From positions 96,001 through 160,000 of the forward strand of contig OZ241993.1 of the NCBI GenBank assembly GCA_965204575.1: DNA of 64,000 nt, in the 5' to 3' direction. The position numbers and the translations under genes are program-made. Of the stretch, positions 58,976-64,000 are shown piece by piece; the stretch's first letter is position 1; every line of letters starts with the position of its first letter. Below the pieces are notes generated by a model. It saw nothing but the letters and a program-made list of their open reading frames with translations. It did not search any database and had not been told where the DNA came from. Source of the stretch: an uncultured candidatus Porisulfidus sp. GTDB taxonomy: Bacteria; Pseudomonadota; Gammaproteobacteria; Poriferisulfidales; Poriferisulfidaceae.

Positions 58976-60066
58976 GTACGCTGTATCTGGGTGCCTTGTC
59001 CGGCACCAGCATGAATTCCATTGACGCCGCACTCTTTGACTTCGCCTCCGAACAGCCAAAACCTCTCGCCCGTCACGCCGCGTCTTTCCCCGACCTCCTC
59101 CGGGAAAAACTGCAACACCTGATCCTCAACCCGCACTCCCTTCAAGAGTACGCGTTGGCCGAATATGCGCTCAGCCAGAGTTTCGCCCAATGTATCCAGG
59201 CCCTGCTCGAAAGCAGCAACGTAACGCCAGACCAAATCGCGGCAGCCGGCATCCATGGTCAGACCCTTCTCCACCAGTCCGGCGCCGAACCTCTGCTGAC
59301 CCTGCAACTCCTCAATCCAAACCAGATCAGCGCGCAATGCGGAATTCCGGTCATCAGCGACTTTCGCCGGCGTGACCAGGCCGAAGGCGGGGAAGGGGCC
59401 CCTCTTGCGCCACTCGCTCATCAGCGCCTGTTTCATTCCGTGACCGAAAACCGGGCCGTCGTCAACATTGGTGGCATCGCCAACATCACTTGGCTGCCGG
59501 CCGATGGGACGGCGCAGGGTCATGACAGCGGACCGGGAGGCGGCCTGCTGGATGAATGGAGCCAGTTGCACCTGAGCGAAGACTACGATCAGGATGGCCA
59601 GTGGGGAAGAACCGGAACGGTACAGGAAGAACTGCTGGAGACGATGTTGCGCGACCCTTACTTTGCGCAACCTCCACCCAAGAGCACGAGCCGCGAGTAT
59701 TTCTGCCGTTCTTGGCTTGAGGGTCTGATTACGGACCATCCGGCCAGCCCCGAAGATGTCCAAGCCACTCTGACTGAACTCACCGCCCGCAGCATTGCCA
59801 TGGCGCTACAAGCCGGCTCGCCGGCGGCGCAGAGAATCCTGCTATGCGGCGGCGGGGCTCGGAACACCTATCTCAGGGAACGCCTCGCGACCCTATTGCC
59901 CGTGCCCGTCGAACTCACCGACGAATACGGCCTGGAAGCCGAATGGGTGGAATGCTTTCTGTTCGCGCTGCTCGCTTGCCTGCACGATCGCAAGGAGGCC
60001 GTCGACCTGACGGCAATTACGGGCAGCCGAAAAGCTGCCGTGCTGGGTGCGGCCTGGCCGGCCTAA
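58972..60066 (+). CDS. anmK: anhydro-N-acetylmuramic acid kinase
   Basis: SGTSM, HGQT, DFRRRD..GGEGAPL, NIGGIAN, CGGG. Confidence 0.95.
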   Translation: MSTLYLGALSGTSMNSIDAALFDFASEQPKPLARHAASFPDLLREKLQHLILNPHSLQEYALAEYALSQSFAQCIQALLESSNVTPDQIAAAGIHGQTLLHQSGAEPLLTLQLLNPNQISAQCGIPVISDFRRRDQAEGGEGAPLAPLAHQRLFHSVTENRAVVNIGGIANITWLPADGTAQGHDSGPGGGLLDEWSQLHLSEDYDQDGQWGRTGTVQEELLETMLRDPYFAQPPPKSTSREYFCRSWLEGLITDHPASPEDVQATLTELTARSIAMALQAGSPAAQRILLCGGGARNTYLRERLATLLPVPVELTDEYGLEAEWVECFLFALLACLHDRKEAVDLTAITGSRKAAVLGAAWPA

Positions 60067-60075
60067 GGATCCGTT

Positions 60076-60441
60076 TTACGGGGAAAACGAGGAACCGCAG
60101 CCACAGGTGGTCGTGGCGTTGGGATTCCGGATTACGAACTGCGCACCTTCCAGGCCCTCGGTGTAGTCGATCTCAGACCCAACCAGGTACTGGAAACTCA
60201 TCGGATCAATCAGAAGGGTCACCCCGTCATTCTCGACCTGGGTGTCGCCGTCCTGGATCTCCTCATCGAACGTGAATCCATACTGAAACCCGGAACAACC
60301 GCCGCCACTGACGAAGACACGCAGCTTCAGCGCGTCGTTCCTCTCTTCCTCGATCAACTGCTTCACTTTCTGCGCAGCCGAATCGGTAAAAATCAAGGGC
60401 GCAGCCGAATCCATCTCGGGGGCGGGCATTGCTTCGCTCAT
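60076..60441 (-). CDS. erpA: iron-sulfur cluster insertion protein
   Basis: [23 protein letters not shown]. Confidence 0.95.
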   Translation of the reverse strand: MSEAMPAPEMDSAAPLIFTDSAAQKVKQLIEEERNDALKLRVFVSGGGCSGFQYGFTFDEEIQDGDTQVENDGVTLLIDPMSFQYLVGSEIDYTEGLEGAQFVIRNPNATTTCGCGSSFSP

Positions 60442-60552
60442 GCAACTGTCCTCGAAGTCCGTTGTCAGCCTTTAATCATAGCATAAAATTCAGACTCGGC
60501 CTAGCCCAAATCAAGATAACTGATTGTCTTTGCTAGGAATTTTATGCATCTC

Positions 60553-61248
60553 TCAGCCGGGATTCGACATCGCCCCGCGCCAGCTGAAGCTTTTGTTGAT
60601 CGCCCCCAGTTTTTTGTCGTTCGGAGACACCTCGACCTCAACCCGTTCGACTTCAAACCTTTCGGGCAGTTGGAACTCCCCGTTCAGGGCGACGAAGTGG
60701 CGGAACGAGAAAGACTGCTGATCCCCGTTCTCACCAAGTTTCGAGAGCCGGTACTGCCCCGGGCTTCCCTCCACGTGGCCATGCAGGACAAGGTCGTAAC
60801 GGCCTTCCGCGATTTTGGAGAAATCGCCCTGGTAAAGAACCAACCGGTAGCCCCAGTGCCCGCCTTCACCGACGATAAACATCTTGAGCGTATGAATGGA
60901 GAGTTTTTCCTCCCGGTTCGGCCCCGTGATCTTGCGGAACAACTCAAGCTCTTCGCCCGTCTTCCTCAATTCGGCCTCGCTGGTCTGCAGCATGTCCCGA
61001 AGATAGTCCAGCGTCTGGTTGCTGACTTTCAGGCGCCGCTCTGCCATGGTCCGGTCCACCATCAGCACCTCGTTGCGCCGCATTAATTCCTGGATCTCTG
61101 CTTCTTGCCGTGCATTCACGATTTCCAGTTCTTGTGCGGATGTCCCCAAGACATAGACGCCAACGAAATAGGTCAAGGCGCCGGACAGCACCATCAGGAG
61201 AACGATCAGCGGCCAAGCGTCTGTTGACGGCAAACGAAAAAACTTCAT
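60553..61248 (-). CDS. DUF6776-like TM + coiled-coil protein
   Basis: TM, coiled coil, [20 protein letters not shown]...G.F.LP; argC-erpA position. Confidence 0.7.
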   Translation of the reverse strand: MKFFRLPSTDAWPLIVLLMVLSGALTYFVGVYVLGTSAQELEIVNARQEAEIQELMRRNEVLMVDRTMAERRLKVSNQTLDYLRDMLQTSEAELRKTGEELELFRKITGPNREEKLSIHTLKMFIVGEGGHWGYRLVLYQGDFSKIAEGRYDLVLHGHVEGSPGQYRLSKLGENGDQQSFSFRHFVALNGEFQLPERFEVERVEVEVSPNDKKLGAINKSFSWRGAMSNPG

Positions 61249-62273
61249 GCCGGCAGTGCGATCTGCGGCAGGCCGGCCTGCTCCGACAAACCGAACATCA
61301 GGTTCATGTTCTGGATCGCCTGCCCCGCTGCCCCCTTGATCAGGTTGTCGATAGCGGAAAGAACGACCAGCGGCTCCCCCTCGCCGGGATGCAGGGCGAT
61401 CCGGCAAACATTCGATCCGCGCACGTTCTTGGTCTGCGGCAGGCTTTCCGGCGGCATCACGTCCACGAAGGGCTCGGCGTCATAGCGTTGTTCATACAGT
61501 TCTTGAATCGCCTCCCCGGACAGTTCGGTCCATGCGTACAGGGTCGCCAGGATCCCCCGAATCATCGGTGCCACGTGCGGCGTGAACGTCAACCGCACCG
61601 CTTCTCCGGCCATCTGGCCCAAGGCTTGGGCAATCTCCGGTCCATGCCGATGCCGATGGACGCCGTATGCCCGGAAGTTCTCCATCGCCTCGCTCATCAG
61701 CAGGGGCGTACTGGCTTGACGCCCGGCTCCGCTGATGCCGGACTTGGCATCCGCGACCAGGTGATCCAAGTCGACGGCAGCCGACTCCAACAGCGGCAGG
61801 AGCCCCAGAACCACCGCTGTCGGGTAGCAACCCGGGTTCGCCACCAGCCGCGCTTGACTCACCTGCGCCCGGTTCAGTTCCGGCAACCCGTAAACCGCTT
61901 CCTCCAGCAGTTCCGGGCAAGCATGCGGCATCTGGTAGTACGACTCCCAGACCTGAGGATCCCGCAGCCGGAAATCCGCCGCGAGATCAATCACCCGCCG
62001 ACCCTGCTCCAGGAGTGCCGGGACCTGCTGCATCGCGGTACCGTTCGGCGCCGCGAAGAACACCACCGCACATTCGGTTTCGTACAGCTGCTGATGGGGA
62101 ATGTAGGCAAGATCCACCCCGGCCCGCAGGTGCGGGTGCACGTCGGCCACGGGCCGGCCGGCCTCGGAATCCGAACTGACCGCGACCACCTCGACTTCGG
62201 GATGGCCGCTGAGCAAGCGCAGCAATTCCACGCCGGTATAGCCGGTCGCCCCTACGATGCCTGCCTGGATCAT
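61245..62273 (-). CDS. argC: N-acetyl-gamma-glutamyl-phosphate reductase
   Basis: [31 protein letters not shown]. Confidence 0.97.
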   Translation of the reverse strand: MIQAGIVGATGYTGVELLRLLSGHPEVEVVAVSSDSEAGRPVADVHPHLRAGVDLAYIPHQQLYETECAVVFFAAPNGTAMQQVPALLEQGRRVIDLAADFRLRDPQVWESYYQMPHACPELLEEAVYGLPELNRAQVSQARLVANPGCYPTAVVLGLLPLLESAAVDLDHLVADAKSGISGAGRQASTPLLMSEAMENFRAYGVHRHRHGPEIAQALGQMAGEAVRLTFTPHVAPMIRGILATLYAWTELSGEAIQELYEQRYDAEPFVDVMPPESLPQTKNVRGSNVCRIALHPGEGEPLVVLSAIDNLIKGAAGQAIQNMNLMFGLSEQAGLPQIALPA

Positions 62274-62337
62274 TTGTACGCCTCTATCATGCGAGCGTTC
62301 ATCATATCTGATTGGCGGCCTGTTCTATACTTGCGCC

Positions 62338-62763
62338 ATGCTCTGGCTCAAGGCCCTGCACCTGATTTTCATGGTGACCTGGTTCGCCGGCCTGTTCTAT
62401 CTGCCCCGCCTGTTCGTCTATCACGCGATGAGCGACGACGAGATCAGCCGCCAGCGTTTTTGCGTCATGGAGCGAAAACTGCTGTGGGGCATCGCCACCC
62501 CGGGCGGCGTATTGACTCTCTTGTTCGGGTTCTGGCTCCTAGCCTACCGGCCCGACCTGCTCTTCGTCGGCTGGATGCAACTCAAACTGGCCTTGATCGG
62601 CATCCTGATCGGCTACCACGCATGGTGCATCGTCCTGCAACGCCGGTTCGCGTGCGGAGACAACCGCCACGGTCATGTCTGGTACCGGTGGTTCAACGAA
62701 GCCCCTGTCGTGATCCTGATCGCTGTCGTCGTTCTGGCCGTGTTGCGCCCGGAGGTGTTCTAG
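62338..62763 (+). CDS. hemJ: protoporphyrinogen oxidase HemJ
   Basis: WLKALH...WFAGLFYLPRLFVYH, MERKL, RWFNE.P. Confidence 0.9.
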   Translation: MLWLKALHLIFMVTWFAGLFYLPRLFVYHAMSDDEISRQRFCVMERKLLWGIATPGGVLTLLFGFWLLAYRPDLLFVGWMQLKLALIGILIGYHAWCIVLQRRFACGDNRHGHVWYRWFNEAPVVILIAVVVLAVLRPEVF

Positions 62764-62769
62764 GCCCGC

Positions 62770-63096
62770 TCATTCCCCGCTTTTTCCGGCGAGTTTCATG
62801 TAGTACGGGTGGTTCCGCAGGAAATGGGCAAATTCGTAATATCCGACCCTTCCGTCGCCGTTCTGATCAACCTGGTGAAAGACTTTGTGCAACCCCTTTG
62901 CCGTGGGCGCCTTCGCTTCCTTCTCGGAAATGAACTCGTTGCGATCCAGGTCCGTCCCCCAGAAAGCCCCTGCCAGATAGCCTTTTCCGGCTCCACCTCC
63001 GCCGTCCAGCGCCAGAGCCGCGCCCCCCATCCAGAAGACGGCACCAATCAGGCATAATGTTCGCGCCATCCGGATGCGAAATCGTCTCCTCATCAT
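62770..63096 (-). CDS. exported EF-hand protein
   Basis: signal peptide; DLDRNEFISEKE and DQNGDGRVGYYE loops. Confidence 0.7.
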   Translation of the reverse strand: MMRRRFRIRMARTLCLIGAVFWMGGAALALDGGGGAGKGYLAGAFWGTDLDRNEFISEKEAKAPTAKGLHKVFHQVDQNGDGRVGYYEFAHFLRNHPYYMKLAGKSGE

Positions 63097-63144
63097 TCTC
63101 GCAACCTCCCGGCTCCCATCCTATCGCATCCCACCGCCCGCCAC

Positions 63145-63819
63145 ATGAACGCGACCGTTCTCTACGATCTGGATCATACGCTGATCGGCTGTGACAGCGA
63201 CTACGAATGGGGCCAATTCCTGGCGGACTCGGGGGACATCGACGGCGACGCCTACCGTGCCCGCAACCAAGCTTTCTATGACGACTACCGCCATGGGAGA
63301 TTGGACCCGGTCGCGTACCTGGAGTTCGTCTTGGCCCCTCTCGGGCAAATCAACGGGCAGAGGCTGGAAGAACTTCGCGCGCAGTTCCTGGAGACCCGGA
63401 TCCTTCCGGTCCTGCGCCCCCGCGCCCGGCAATTGATCTCGGAACACCGGCAGCGCGGGCTGCGGCAGGTGGTCGTGACCTCGACCAATGCCTTTATCGC
63501 CGAACCCATCGTGCAGGCATTGGGAATCCCCACCCTGATCGCGCCCCGGCCCGAGATGCAGGCGGGACGGTACACCGGAAAACTGCTGGATTCCTCCTGT
63601 TTCGCCGCCGACAAGCCGGAGCGAGTCCGAGCCTGGGCAGAACAGGAAGGAATACGGCTCGGCGAGACCTGGGGGTACTCCGATTCGTTCAACGACATTC
63701 CGCTTCTGGAATTCGTCGATCACCCGGTGGCGGTAGACCCGGACCCGGCCCTGCGCGCCCATGCGCAGGAACGAGGCTGGGAAATCATCAGCTTGTGCGA
63801 GGACTACTCCGGGGAATAG
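63145..63819 (+). CDS. HAD-IB family hydrolase (SerB/histidinol phosphatase-like)
   Basis: DLDHTL..DSD..W, YSDSFND.PLL, V.PD. Confidence 0.88.
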   Translation: MNATVLYDLDHTLIGCDSDYEWGQFLADSGDIDGDAYRARNQAFYDDYRHGRLDPVAYLEFVLAPLGQINGQRLEELRAQFLETRILPVLRPRARQLISEHRQRGLRQVVVTSTNAFIAEPIVQALGIPTLIAPRPEMQAGRYTGKLLDSSCFAADKPERVRAWAEQEGIRLGETWGYSDSFNDIPLLEFVDHPVAVDPDPALRAHAQERGWEIISLCEDYSGE

Positions 63820-64000
63820 CCAAACTCTTCCCTGAAACGTTCCGTCAGTTCGGCCAGGGTCATGGTGTGGTTTTGCGCACCCTGATGCTTGATCTTGCAG
63901 GCCCCCATCAGCGAGCCGAGACGCCCACAGGTCTCCCAATCCATGTCGTTCAGGATGCCGTACAGAAGCCCGGCCCGATAAGCGTCGCCGCATCCGGTCG
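63804..64000 (-). CDS. PfkB carbohydrate/adenosine kinase, C-terminal part (truncated by the window edge)
   Basis: TGCGDAYRAGLLYG...GAQNH...FGYSPE*. Confidence 0.85.
   Translation of the reverse strand, partial: TGCGDAYRAGLLYGILNDMDWETCGRLGSLMGACKIKHQGAQNHTMTLAELTERFREEFGYSPE

Overview
GC-rich chromosomal segment of a Gammaproteobacterium. A DsrR-like gene and a methanethiol oxidase cluster suggest a sulfur oxidiser, possibly host-associated (inference). The backbone is housekeeping: ispA/ispG/ispH, mutM, bioD, metY, thiSG-trmB, ppk2, hisBHAFE, tatBC, gmk, rluB-scpBA-trpS, folP, tyrS-anmK-erpA-argC and five tRNAs. At least seven toxin-antitoxin modules or remnants are scattered singly through it. 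Main highlights: (1) a divergent MMPL + flavin oxidoreductase / MpaB-Lcp-type oxygenase + LolA-like + outer-membrane barrel locus that runs directly into FPP synthase, squalene synthase and ispH, a candidate isoprenoid tailoring and transport system; (2) a catalytically intact TnpB with no TnpA, bounded by an 8-bp direct repeat and imperfect terminal inverted repeats, which is atypical for IS200/IS605; (3) an unannotated transcript with a 28-aa hydrophobic peptide, canonical CsrA-binding hairpins and a terminator; (4) a Cys-free DsrR-like gene coupled to a sensor-less NarX/NarL-type two-component system, divergent from mtoX-SCO-mauG; (5) an OprP/O-type porin with a ~140-aa Cys-bracketed acidic insertion; (6) a bufferin (DUF2282-MNIO-DUF2063) operon preceded by a CusR/CopR-like box. 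All calls come from motif recognition by eye; no database searches were run.
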